A stretch of 64,000 nt of DNA from an uncultured Acidobacteriota bacterium. GTDB taxonomy: Bacteria; Acidobacteriota; Thermoanaerobaculia; Multivoradales; UBA5704. Positions 28,788 through 37,270 of this stretch are shown piece after piece. The stretch spans positions 1,856,001-1,920,000 of the forward strand of contig CAVYRF010000001.1 of NCBI GenBank assembly GCA_963770895.1, in the 5' to 3' direction. Position 1 is the first letter of the stretch; the number at the start of each line of letters is the position of its first letter. Below the pieces are notes generated by a model. The model did not search any database, was not told where the DNA came from, and saw only the letters and a program-made list of their open reading frames with translations. The translations under genes were made by a program, and so were the position numbers.

Positions 28788-30431
28788 ATGGCCGATCTCA
28801 GCAAACTCCCACAAGCGTCGAAAGCGTGTCTGCCTCCTGGGGTGGACGATCAACACGGCAAGGATGCGTTTGAAGTGCGTTTTGGCACCGCGACGCTGGA
28901 GGCGACGCCGACGGGCAGTGTGTCGCATCCGACCAATGGCGAGGAAGAGCGCTACGCGGACAAATCGGGCACGTACACCAAGTGTCTCAAGCAGGCGAGC
29001 TTTGGCGTGGTCGATCCGCATGCGTTCAAGCTTTTCCGCACGGCGCTCGGCACCGCCGACGGGTCGGTGGCTGGCACGGCCAACTTCGAGGTGCCGGGCC
29101 TGCTGGGTCTGGGGCGCAAGCTCAATGGACCGCTGGGCGCCTTCGCCCTGACGCTGGCGGGCGCCGATTCGCAGCACTTTGGCGCGCCGCTGGTGCCGCC
29201 GGCGCCCAGGGTGGACAGCCCCGAATACGCGACCGAGCTGGTCGAGCTGTACTGGGCTTCGCTGCTGCGCGACGTGCCGTTCACCGAGTATGCCGCCAAC
29301 GCCACCGCGATCGCCGCCGCGCAGGAGCTGACGAAGCTGGTGAAGTGGTACGCCGGCCCCACCGATCACGGCGTGGTGACGCCGGACCTTTTGTTCCGTG
29401 GCGGGCTCACGCTCTCGCACCATGGCAAGACGACCAGCTACTTTGCCGGCGAGACGATCGGACCCTATATGTCACAACTTGCCATCCGGCCGACCCAGCT
29501 GGGTGCTCAGCCGCTCGATCAGCTGCTGGACACGCTGGCGCCGGGCGTCGATTACATGAAGGACCTCGCTTCGTGGGCGGCGGTGCAGGACGGATTTACG
29601 CCGCCGCCGCCGCAGGCCGGCCCGACGCGGCAGTTCCTGCACGACGGCCGCGGCATCGCGGCGTTCACCCACGTCGACGAGCTCTACCAGGCGTACTTTG
29701 TCGCCTACCTGGTGCTCGAGACCCTGGGCATCGCGCCCAATCCCGACAGCCCCTACCTCAAGTTCAAGAATCAGCAGCCCTTCGGCACCTTCGGCGGGCC
29801 CGACATCGCCGGCACGCTGGGGGCGGTGGCGCGCGCGGCGATCAATGCGGTCTGGTATCAGAAGTGGATCGTCCACCTGCGCCACCGGCCCGAATCCGGC
29901 GGCGGCATCGTCGACCTCATCAAGACCGGCCAGGGCAACACGATCGACGCCAAGGTCGATCCCATCATCCTCAACTCGCAGGCGCTCCAGCAGAGCCACG
30001 CCCAGATCGGCAGCTACCTGCTGTCGCAGGCGTTCCCCGAAGGCTCGCCGGCCCACCCGGCCTATCCCACCGGGCACGGCACCGTCGCCGGCGCCTGCAT
30101 CACCGCGCTCAAGTTCTTTTACGACGGCGCGGCCATTGTCCCCAATCCGATGGTCCCCGCCGCGGACGGCTTGTCGCTTCTGCCCTACACCGGGCCCGAC
30201 GCCGGCGATCTGACCGTCAACGGCGAGCTGCACAAGCTCGCCCATAACATCTCCTTTGGCCACGGCATCCACGCCGGTATCCACTGGCGCAGCGACACGG
30301 ACTACTCGATGCTGCTCGGCGAGGCCGTGGCGCTCACCTTCCTGCAGGACCAGGCCTACACCTACAGGGAAGACTTTGCCGTGAGCCTTACCAAGATGGA
30401 CGGCACGACCGCCACGATCAAGAACTTCTAA
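28788..30431 (+). CDS. Vanadium-dependent haloperoxidase family protein (bromoperoxidase-like), with atypical active site
   Basis: ELYWASLLRDVPF, QKWIVHLRHRPE (KxxxxxxRP), EGSPAHPAYPTGH, GELHKLA, AGIHWRSD; start set at MADLSK after GAGG. Confidence 0.88.
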   Translation: MADLSKLPQASKACLPPGVDDQHGKDAFEVRFGTATLEATPTGSVSHPTNGEEERYADKSGTYTKCLKQASFGVVDPHAFKLFRTALGTADGSVAGTANFEVPGLLGLGRKLNGPLGAFALTLAGADSQHFGAPLVPPAPRVDSPEYATELVELYWASLLRDVPFTEYAANATAIAAAQELTKLVKWYAGPTDHGVVTPDLLFRGGLTLSHHGKTTSYFAGETIGPYMSQLAIRPTQLGAQPLDQLLDTLAPGVDYMKDLASWAAVQDGFTPPPPQAGPTRQFLHDGRGIAAFTHVDELYQAYFVAYLVLETLGIAPNPDSPYLKFKNQQPFGTFGGPDIAGTLGAVARAAINAVWYQKWIVHLRHRPESGGGIVDLIKTGQGNTIDAKVDPIILNSQALQQSHAQIGSYLLSQAFPEGSPAHPAYPTGHGTVAGACITALKFFYDGAAIVPNPMVPAADGLSLLPYTGPDAGDLTVNGELHKLAHNISFGHGIHAGIHWRSDTDYSMLLGEAVALTFLQDQAYTYREDFAVSLTKMDGTTATIKNF

Positions 30432-30449
30432 GATCTGCCAGTTTCCCGT

Positions 30450-30484
30450 CCCCGCTCCGTCCGCCCACGCCGGGCGGAGCGGGG
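30450..30484 (+). terminator. GC-rich hairpin directly after the haloperoxidase gene
   Basis: CCCCGCTCCGTCCG (30450-30463) pairs with CGGGCGGAGCGGGG (30471-30484), 14 bp including one G-U; no U-tract. Confidence 0.5.
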
Positions 30485-30551
30485 CCGCGGAGGCTCGGCC
30501 GCCTGGGGGGCTGGGCCGCCTTGCCCAGGTGAATTGTGACAGCAACGCCTC

Positions 30552-30579
30552 TTGACACGTTGCCGCAGGCTGTTATGCT
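30552..30579 (+). promoter_or_regulatory. Sigma-70-type promoter of the met leader/operon
   Basis: TTGACA (30552-30557), 16-nt spacer, TATGCT (30574-30579) with extended -10 TG at 30571-30572. Confidence 0.8.
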
Positions 30580-30589
30580 GCGCGGCGTC

Positions 30590-30694
30590 ATGTCGCTCCT
30601 GCTCACCGCCCGAACTTCGATGTCCATGCCTATGCCCATGTCCGGCCCGGGAGGCCGGCGTCAAGGCCATCGGAGAGGGGAGGCGCGACCGTAA
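30590..30694 (+). CDS. Methionine-rich leader peptide (34 aa), putative attenuator uORF
   Basis: MSLLLTARTSMSMPMPMSGPGGRRQGHRRGEARP*; internal ATGs at 30620, 30626, 30632 and 30638; lies between the promoter and a terminator upstream of met genes. Confidence 0.75.
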   Translation: MSLLLTARTSMSMPMPMSGPGGRRQGHRRGEARP

Positions 30695-30767
30695 CCCGCA
30701 AATCCGCCGCACATCGGAACCTCTCCTGTCGCGCTAGCAGCCGCTAGCAAAACAGCGACGCCGAACG

Positions 30768-30812
30768 ACGCCACCGCCCGGGCACCTCAAGGGTCGGTGG
30801 CGTTTTCGTTTT
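30768..30812 (+). terminator. Intrinsic terminator (attenuator) in the met operon 5' leader
   Basis: ACGCCACCG-CCC (30768-30779) pairs with GGG-t-CGGTGGCGT (30791-30803), followed by TTTCGTTTT; about 46 nt before the first met start codon. Confidence 0.8.
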
Positions 30813-30858
30813 CGGCGTCCTGCCGCGGGCCGCGGCATGCTTGACAGGAGAACCGATC

Positions 30859-32058
30859 ATGTTTGCAGGCGACACTTCCTTTGCCACTCGCGCCATCCAC
30901 GCCGGCTTGGAGCCGGACGCGGCGACCGGCGCGATTCTCACTCCGATCTATCAATCGACCACGTTCGCCCAGGCGGCGGTCGGACAAGATAAAGGTTTCA
31001 CCTACAGCCGCTCCGCCAACCCCACGGTGGCGGCGCTGGAGCGCAACCTGGGCGACCTGGAGGGCGCCGGGGCGCTGCCGGCGGTCTGCTTCGGCAGCGG
31101 CATGGCGGCGCTGACCGCGGTCTGCCTGGCGCTGCTGCAGAGCGGCGACCGCGTGGTGGTTTCGGACGTCGTCTACGGCGGCACGGTGCGGCTGCTGCGC
31201 CAGGTCCTGGCGCCGTTCGGCGTGCGGACCCAGGCGGTCGACACCGCCGACGGCCAGGCCCTGGCGGCGGCGCTGCGCGAACCGGCACGGCTGGTGGTCG
31301 TCGAATCGCCCGCCAATCCGACGCTCAAGCTGACCGACCTGGCGCTGGCCGCCGAGCTTGCCCACGCCGCCGGCGCTCTGCTGGTTGTCGACGGCACGCT
31401 GCTGACGCCCGTCCTGCAGCAGCCGCTGGCGCTGGGCGCCGACCTGGTGGTGCATTCGACGACCAAGTACCTGGAGGGGCACAACGCCACGGTGGGCGGC
31501 GCGGTGCTGGCCCGCGATCCGCAACTGATCGAAAAGCTTCGCTTCGCGCGCAACGCCACCGGCGGCATCCAGTCGCCGCACGAAGCCTGGCTCACCCTGC
31601 GCGGCATCAAGACGCTGCCGCTGCGCATGGAGCGCCACTGCGCCAATGCGCTGGCGGTGGCGCAATACCTGGCCGCGCACCCGCAGGTGGTGCGGCTGGC
31701 CTATCCCTGGCTGCCGTCGTTCCCGCAGGTCGAGCTGGCGCGGCGCCAGCAGCGCGGCGGCGGCGGCATCGTCGCCTTCGAGGTCGCGGGCGGCGCGGCG
31801 GCCGGGGTGCGGCTGCTCAACAGCGCCAGGCTTTGCGCCCTGGCGGAAAACCTGGGAGCGGTGGAGTCGCTGCTGACCCATCCGGCGTCGATGACGCACG
31901 CCTCGATCCCCCAGGCGGAGCGCCAGGCGCTGGGCATCGGCGACGGCCTGATCCGGTTGTCCGTCGGCCTGGAAGATCCGGCCGACATCCTTGCCGACCT
32001 GGAGCGCGCCCTGCGCGTCGCGGCGCAGGCGGCGGACGTGGTGGAGGTGGAGCGATGA
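30859..32058 (+). CDS. metB: Cystathionine gamma-synthase (Cys/Met metabolism PLP enzyme)
   Basis: PIYQSTTF, YSRSANPT, YGGT, ESPANP, HSTTKYLEGH (PLP Lys), AENLGAVESL, RLSVGLED; AGGAG upstream. metB versus metC assigned from context. Confidence 0.8.
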   Translation: MFAGDTSFATRAIHAGLEPDAATGAILTPIYQSTTFAQAAVGQDKGFTYSRSANPTVAALERNLGDLEGAGALPAVCFGSGMAALTAVCLALLQSGDRVVVSDVVYGGTVRLLRQVLAPFGVRTQAVDTADGQALAAALREPARLVVVESPANPTLKLTDLALAAELAHAAGALLVVDGTLLTPVLQQPLALGADLVVHSTTKYLEGHNATVGGAVLARDPQLIEKLRFARNATGGIQSPHEAWLTLRGIKTLPLRMERHCANALAVAQYLAAHPQVVRLAYPWLPSFPQVELARRQQRGGGGIVAFEVAGGAAAGVRLLNSARLCALAENLGAVESLLTHPASMTHASIPQAERQALGIGDGLIRLSVGLEDPADILADLERALRVAAQAADVVEVER

Positions 32059-33764
32059 GAGCCCAGAACGCAGCCCCCTTGACGGTGCTCAAATTCGGCA
32101 GCTCGGTGCTCGCCGGCGAAGAGGACCTGCCGCTCGCGGTGCACGAGATCTATCGCTTCCTGCGCGCCGGCCACCGCGTCCTGGCGGTGGTGCCGGCGCT
32201 CGGGCGCACCACCGATCGGCTGCTGGAGCAGGCACGCCGCTACGGCGACGACCCGGCGCCGGCGGCGGTCGCGGCGCTGCTGGCGACCGGCGAGGCGACC
32301 GCGGCGGCGCTGCTGACCCTGGCCCTGGATCGCGCCGGCATCCCCGCGACGCTGCTCGATCCGCGGCAGGCACGGCTGCCCACCAGCGGTCCGCGGCTCG
32401 ACGCCTCCCCCTGCTGCCTGGACGCCGAATGGGTGGACCGGCGTCTGGGGTGCCTGCCGGTGGCGGTGCTGCCCGGCTTCGTCGGCGAGGCCGGCGACGG
32501 CAGCCTGGCGCTCCTGGGGCGCGGCGGCGCGCCGACCTGGGATGCCGACGGCGCCGGCAACGGTTGCGTCGATGGAGCCGGCGGCGACGGTGACGATGGT
32601 GGCGGCGGTGTCCTGCGGGTCGTCCTTTTGGGTCACGGCACCGTGGGCGGCGGTGTCTATCGGCACCTGCTCGCGCAGCCGCAGAGGTTCCAGGTGGTCG
32701 GCGTGGCGGTGCGCGACGTCGAGCGTCACGCCCGTCTGGGCGTGCCGGCGGAGCTGCTGAGCAGCGACCCGTGGAGCGTCCTGGCGCGCCCCTGCGACCT
32801 GGTGATCGAGCTGATCGGCGGCGAAGACCCGGCGGCGCGGCTGATCGCCGCCGCCCTGGGGCGCGGTCTCGACGTGGTGACCGCCAACAAGGAGGTGATC
32901 GCGGCGGAAGGGGAGTGGCTGTGCCGGCACGCCGCGGCGCACGGCGCGCGGCTGGCCTATGCGGCGGCGGTGGGCGGGGCGGTGCCGATGCTCGAAGCGG
33001 TCGTCCGGGCGCGCGCCCAGGGCGAGATCCGCGCCGTGAGCGGCGTCGTCAACGGCACCTGCAACTACGTGCTGGACCAGCTGGGTGCGGGCGTCCCTCT
33101 CGGCCAGGCGGTCCGCGCCGCGCAGCAGAGGGGCTTCGCCGAAGCCGATCCCAGCCGCGACCTGGACGGCCGCGACGCCGCCTGCAAGCTGCGCATCCTG
33201 GCGCGCCTGGCCTTCGGCGTCGAGCTCGCCGCCGCCGAAGTCGAGCGGCGCGGCCTCGAATGCGTGGACGCCGCGGCGCTGGCGGCGGCGGAAGCCGGCG
33301 GCCGCGTGATCCGCCTGGTGGCCGAGTGCCGGTGGCGCGGCGACGGCGGCGATGGCGGCGATGGCGGCGACGGGGACGATGGCGCCGGCGGCGGTCGACG
33401 CCTGGGTCGCGCTGCCGGCGGCCGCACGCTGCGAGCGTCGGTCGGCCCGGTCGCGCTGCCGGTGCGGCACTACCTGGCCGGCGCCCAGGGCGAGCAGAAC
33501 CGGGTGCTGATCGAGCGCCGCGGCGCGCCGCCGCTCCGCTTGAGCGGGCGCGGCGCCGGCCGCTGGGCCACCAGCGAAGCCGTCATGGCCGACGTCCTCG
33601 ACGCCGCGCGCCGGCGCCGTCAGGGCGGCGGCTGCGGTGTCGCCGCCGAGTCCGTAGGTGAGCCTGCCGCCGCGGCGCGCCTGGTCCGCGCGCTTGGGGC
33701 CGGTCACGCGGCTTCAGCGGTCGCCGCCGGCCGCGGCGCGGCGGCGTCCGAGGTGACGCCATGA
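32055..33764 (+). CDS. hom: Homoserine dehydrogenase with a truncated N-terminal aspartokinase-like domain
   Basis: LKFGSSVL...ATGE...PGFVG...LLGRGG (kinase N-lobe), then LLGHGTVGGGV, VVTANK, AAVGGAVP, NGTCNYVL, GFAEADP..DLDG.DAACK, GRGAG; ATGA overlaps with both neighbours. Confidence 0.85.
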   Translation: MRAQNAAPLTVLKFGSSVLAGEEDLPLAVHEIYRFLRAGHRVLAVVPALGRTTDRLLEQARRYGDDPAPAAVAALLATGEATAAALLTLALDRAGIPATLLDPRQARLPTSGPRLDASPCCLDAEWVDRRLGCLPVAVLPGFVGEAGDGSLALLGRGGAPTWDADGAGNGCVDGAGGDGDDGGGGVLRVVLLGHGTVGGGVYRHLLAQPQRFQVVGVAVRDVERHARLGVPAELLSSDPWSVLARPCDLVIELIGGEDPAARLIAAALGRGLDVVTANKEVIAAEGEWLCRHAAAHGARLAYAAAVGGAVPMLEAVVRARAQGEIRAVSGVVNGTCNYVLDQLGAGVPLGQAVRAAQQRGFAEADPSRDLDGRDAACKLRILARLAFGVELAAAEVERRGLECVDAAALAAAEAGGRVIRLVAECRWRGDGGDGGDGGDGDDGAGGGRRLGRAAGGRTLRASVGPVALPVRHYLAGAQGEQNRVLIERRGAPPLRLSGRGAGRWATSEAVMADVLDAARRRRQGGGCGVAAESVGEPAAAARLVRALGAGHAASAVAAGRGAAASEVTP

Positions 33765-34972
33765 AGGCCGCGACCCGCCTGGTGCGCTATCGGGCTGCCG
33801 CGGGCGACGCCTGGTCGGCGATGGCGCCGCCGCTCTATCAGACGGCGACCTTCGCCCAGGCGTCGGCTGTGGAGGCGGGCCCCTACGACTACTCGCGCAC
33901 CGCCAACCCGACGCGCTGCCTGGTGGAGGAGCGGCTGGCCGACCTGGAGGGCGCCTCGCAGGCGCTCGCCTACGGCAGCGGCCTGGCGGCGCTGGCGGCG
34001 GTGGTGCGGGTGGTGGCGGGCGGCGGCGGCTCCGGTGGCCTCGGCGGCTCCGCCGATTCCGCCGCCTCCGGCGGGGAGGTGCTGGCCGGCGACGACCTGT
34101 ACGGCGGCACCTATCGCCTGCTTGCCGGCGTCATGGCTGGGCAGCGCATCAAGGTCCGTTTTGTCGACACCACCGACCTGGCCGCGGTGGCCGCCGCCAT
34201 CGGCCCGCGCACGCGCCTGCTGCTGGCCGAGACGCCGACCAACCCGCTGCTGCGCATCGCCGACCTGCGCGCCCTGGCCGGCCTGGCGCATGCGCGCGGC
34301 GCGCTCTTGGCGGTGGACAACTCGCTGCTGTCGCCCTACCTGCAGCAGCCGTTGGCCCTGGGGGCCGACGTCGTGGTGCATTCGGCGACCAAGTGCCTGG
34401 GCGGCCACGGCGACCTGACCGCCGGCGTGGTGGCGGTGCGCGACCCGGCGCTCGCCGGCGAGCTCGCCTGGCTGCGCAATGCCGAGGGCACCGCGCTCGG
34501 CCCCTTCGACGCCTGGTTGCTGCATCGCGGCATGAAGACCCTGGGCGTGCGTCTGGACCGCCAGGAAGCCAACGCCGCCCGCATCGCCGCGTACCTGGCG
34601 GGACACCCGCTGGTGCGCCGCGTCCATCACCCCAGCCTGCCCGGCCACGCCGGCCATACGCTGCACGGCCGCCAGGCGCGCGGCGCGGGCAGCGTCGTCA
34701 GCTTCGAAACCGGCTGCTGCGAAACGTCGCGCCGCGTCGTCGAAGCGACGCGCCTGTTCACCATCTCGGTCAGCTTCGGCAGCGTCGGCTCGCTGATCAG
34801 CCTGCCCTGCCGCATGTCGCACGCCAGCATCCCGGCGGCCGTCCGCCGGCGGCGCGCCCTGCCCGAAGACCTGGTGCGCCTGGCCGTCGGGATCGAGGAC
34901 GCCGGCGACCTGGTCGACGACCTGGAGCGGGCGTTGGCCGCGGCGGCGGGCGCGGCAGGCGGGGAGGCTTGA
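33761..34972 (+). CDS. metC: Cystathionine beta-lyase (Cys/Met metabolism PLP enzyme)
   Basis: PPLYQTATF, YDYSRTANPTR, DDLYGGT, ETPTNP, HSATKCLGGH, ISVSFGSVGSLISLPCRMSHASIP. Confidence 0.8.
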   Translation: MKAATRLVRYRAAAGDAWSAMAPPLYQTATFAQASAVEAGPYDYSRTANPTRCLVEERLADLEGASQALAYGSGLAALAAVVRVVAGGGGSGGLGGSADSAASGGEVLAGDDLYGGTYRLLAGVMAGQRIKVRFVDTTDLAAVAAAIGPRTRLLLAETPTNPLLRIADLRALAGLAHARGALLAVDNSLLSPYLQQPLALGADVVVHSATKCLGGHGDLTAGVVAVRDPALAGELAWLRNAEGTALGPFDAWLLHRGMKTLGVRLDRQEANAARIAAYLAGHPLVRRVHHPSLPGHAGHTLHGRQARGAGSVVSFETGCCETSRRVVEATRLFTISVSFGSVGSLISLPCRMSHASIPAAVRRRRALPEDLVRLAVGIEDAGDLVDDLERALAAAAGAAGGEA

Positions 34973-34992
34973 CACCTCGGCTATGATCCCCG

Positions 34993-36882
34993 GTGAGCGT
35001 CGCAATGTCGAAGCCAATTCTGCTCAGCGTCGATGACGATCCCGAGGTCCTGCGGGCCTTGGAGCGCGATCTGCGCAACCAGTACGCCGAACGGTTCCGG
35101 GTGCTGCGCGCCAGCTCGGGCGCCAGCGCGCTCAGCGCCCTGGCGCAGCTGCGCGACCGCCAGAGCGCCGTAGCCCTGCTGCTGGTCGATCAGCGCATGC
35201 CGCAGATGAACGGCGTCGAGCTGCTGGAAAAGGCGATGCAGCTCTATCCCGACGCCAAGCGGGTGCTGCTGACGGCCTATGCCGACACCGACGCGGCGAT
35301 CCGCGCCATCAACTCGGCGCACCTCGACTACTACCTGATGAAGCCGTGGGACCCCCCGGCGGAGCGTCTCTACCCGGTGCTCGACGAGCTGCTCGGGGAC
35401 TGGATGGCCTCCTACCGCCCGCCCTTCGAAGGGGTGCGCGTCGTGGGCCACCGCTGGTCGCCCAAGGCCTTCGAGATGCGCGACTTCCTCGCCCGCCACC
35501 ACGTGCCCTACCTGTGGCTGGACGTCGAAACCGACGGCGAGGCGCGCCGCCTGGCCGCCTCCGCCGCAAAAGCCAATGGCGGCGACCACGGCGGCGGCGG
35601 CGGCGCCGCAGCCGCGGGCGACGGCACTACCCCGGCCAACGGCAACGGTGCGGCCGCGGCCGACGGCAACGGTGCCGGCACCGCCGCGGCACCAGGCAAC
35701 GGCGCCGGCCCTGCCGCAGGCGGCAACGGTGCCGGCCCGGACGCCCTCGCCACCGCGGCGGGCGCCGCCGCGGCCGGCACCTGGGTGGCGACCGCGGGCC
35801 TGCCGATCGTGTACTTTGCCGACGGCAGCTTCCTGATCGAGCCGTCGCGCGCCGAGCTGGCGGATCGGCTCGGCCTGCGCATGCACGCCGAAAGCCGCTT
35901 TTACGACCTGGTGATCGTCGGCGGCGGACCGGCGGGACTGGCGGCGGCGGTCTATGGCGCTTCCGAAGGCCTGCGCACCCTGCTGATCGAGCGCGACGCG
36001 CCGGGCGGCCAGGCCGGCACCAGCTCGCGCATCGAAAACTACCTGGGCTTTCCGGCCGGCCTGTCGGGGGCCGAGCTGGCGCGGCGCGCGGTGGCGCAGG
36101 CGCAGCGCTTCGGCGTGGAAATCCTCAACCCGCAGGAAGCGACGGGCGTGCGGCGCGAAGACCCCTACCGGATTCTCACCCTCTCCGACGGCAGCGAGCT
36201 GAGCTGCCACGCCCTGGTGGTGGCCAGCGGCGTGTCCTACCGCAAGCTCGACGTCGCCGACATCGATCGCTTCACCGACGCCGGCGTCTACTACGGCGCG
36301 GCGATGACCGAAGCGATGACCTGCGCCGGCGAAGACGTCTATCTGGTGGGCGGCGCCAACTCCGCCGGCCAGGCGGCGATGTACTTTTCGCGCTACGCCC
36401 GCAAGGTGGTCATGCTGGTGCGCGGCGATTCGCTGTCGAAGGGGATGTCGCAGTACCTGGTCGACCAGATCGCCAAGACCCCCAATATCGAGGTGCGCCT
36501 GCATGCCAGCGTCGCCGGCGTGCACGGCGCCGCCACCCTGGAATCGATCGACATCGCCGATTCCGACACCGGCAAGGTGGAGACCGTGCCCACCCGGTCG
36601 CTGTTCGTCTTCATCGGCGCCGAGCCGCGCACCGCCTGGCTCGATGGCGTCGTCGAGCGCGATTCGCGCGGTTTCCTGCTCGCCGGCAACGACCTCAAGG
36701 TCGACGGCAAGCTGCCCGCCGGCTGGCACGAAGACCGCGATCCCTATCTGCTGGAAACCAGCGTCCCTGGTATCTTTGTCGCCGGCGACGTGCGCCACGG
36801 CTCGGTCAAGCGGGTGGCGTCCGGCGTCGGCGAAGGCTCCATCGCCGTGTCGTTCATCCACCAATACCTGGCCAGGCTCTGA
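34993..36882 (+). CDS. Receiver-domain-modulated thioredoxin-reductase-like FAD/NAD(P) oxidoreductase
   Basis: REC (VDDD, VDQRMP, LTAY, KPW), glutaredoxin-like middle domain, GGGPAG, SSRIENYLGFP, GGANSAGQ, AGDVR, KRVASGVGEG. Confidence 0.9.
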   Translation: MSVAMSKPILLSVDDDPEVLRALERDLRNQYAERFRVLRASSGASALSALAQLRDRQSAVALLLVDQRMPQMNGVELLEKAMQLYPDAKRVLLTAYADTDAAIRAINSAHLDYYLMKPWDPPAERLYPVLDELLGDWMASYRPPFEGVRVVGHRWSPKAFEMRDFLARHHVPYLWLDVETDGEARRLAASAAKANGGDHGGGGGAAAAGDGTTPANGNGAAAADGNGAGTAAAPGNGAGPAAGGNGAGPDALATAAGAAAAGTWVATAGLPIVYFADGSFLIEPSRAELADRLGLRMHAESRFYDLVIVGGGPAGLAAAVYGASEGLRTLLIERDAPGGQAGTSSRIENYLGFPAGLSGAELARRAVAQAQRFGVEILNPQEATGVRREDPYRILTLSDGSELSCHALVVASGVSYRKLDVADIDRFTDAGVYYGAAMTEAMTCAGEDVYLVGGANSAGQAAMYFSRYARKVVMLVRGDSLSKGMSQYLVDQIAKTPNIEVRLHASVAGVHGAATLESIDIADSDTGKVETVPTRSLFVFIGAEPRTAWLDGVVERDSRGFLLAGNDLKVDGKLPAGWHEDRDPYLLETSVPGIFVAGDVRHGSVKRVASGVGEGSIAVSFIHQYLARL

Positions 36883-36925
36883 CCGTCCGTCCGTCTCCGG
36901 CCATCACCATCGCAGAGGAGGCCCC

Positions 36926-37195
36926 ATGTCCGCGCGCAAGTGCAACCACTTAGACCAGATCCACGAGGTCACCCCGAGCGGCAAGGGCTGCAAGGAGTGC
37001 CTGGCCATGGGCAGCACCTGGGTCCACCTGCGCCTGTGCCTGACCTGCGGCCACGTCGGCTGCTGCGACTCCTCGCCCAACCGCCACGCCACCAAGCACT
37101 TCCACGCCACCCGGCATCCCATCGTGCAGTCCTTCGAACCCGGCGAGGACTGGGCCTGGTGCTACATCGACGAGATGGAGCTGGTGCCGGGCTAG
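36926..37195 (+). CDS. UBP-type zinc finger protein
   Basis: GAGGAGG then MSARKCNH...CKEC...LRLCLTCGHVGCCDSS...HATKH...HP...WCYID. Confidence 0.92.
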   Translation: MSARKCNHLDQIHEVTPSGKGCKECLAMGSTWVHLRLCLTCGHVGCCDSSPNRHATKHFHATRHPIVQSFEPGEDWAWCYIDEMELVPG

Positions 37196-37270
37196 CGACC
37201 AGGCCGCCGGCGTCCCGCCGGCTGTCGCCTGACTCCAGCGGCCCGCCGCCGGCAGCACAGCACGCGCTCC

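Noticed and set aside
30841-30846. Second TTGACA just before metB, also the TTG start used by the ORF track
   Set aside because: No matching -10 at proper spacing, and it overlaps the AGGAG ribosome-binding site for ATG 30859.
30580-30860. SAM, SAH or T-box riboswitch upstream of the met operon
   Set aside because: ATCGGAGAGGGGAGG loosely recalls the SAM-I 5' end, but I found no GCAACC/GTGC core and no T-box sequence; the Met-rich uORF plus terminator explains the region better. An Rfam scan is still needed.
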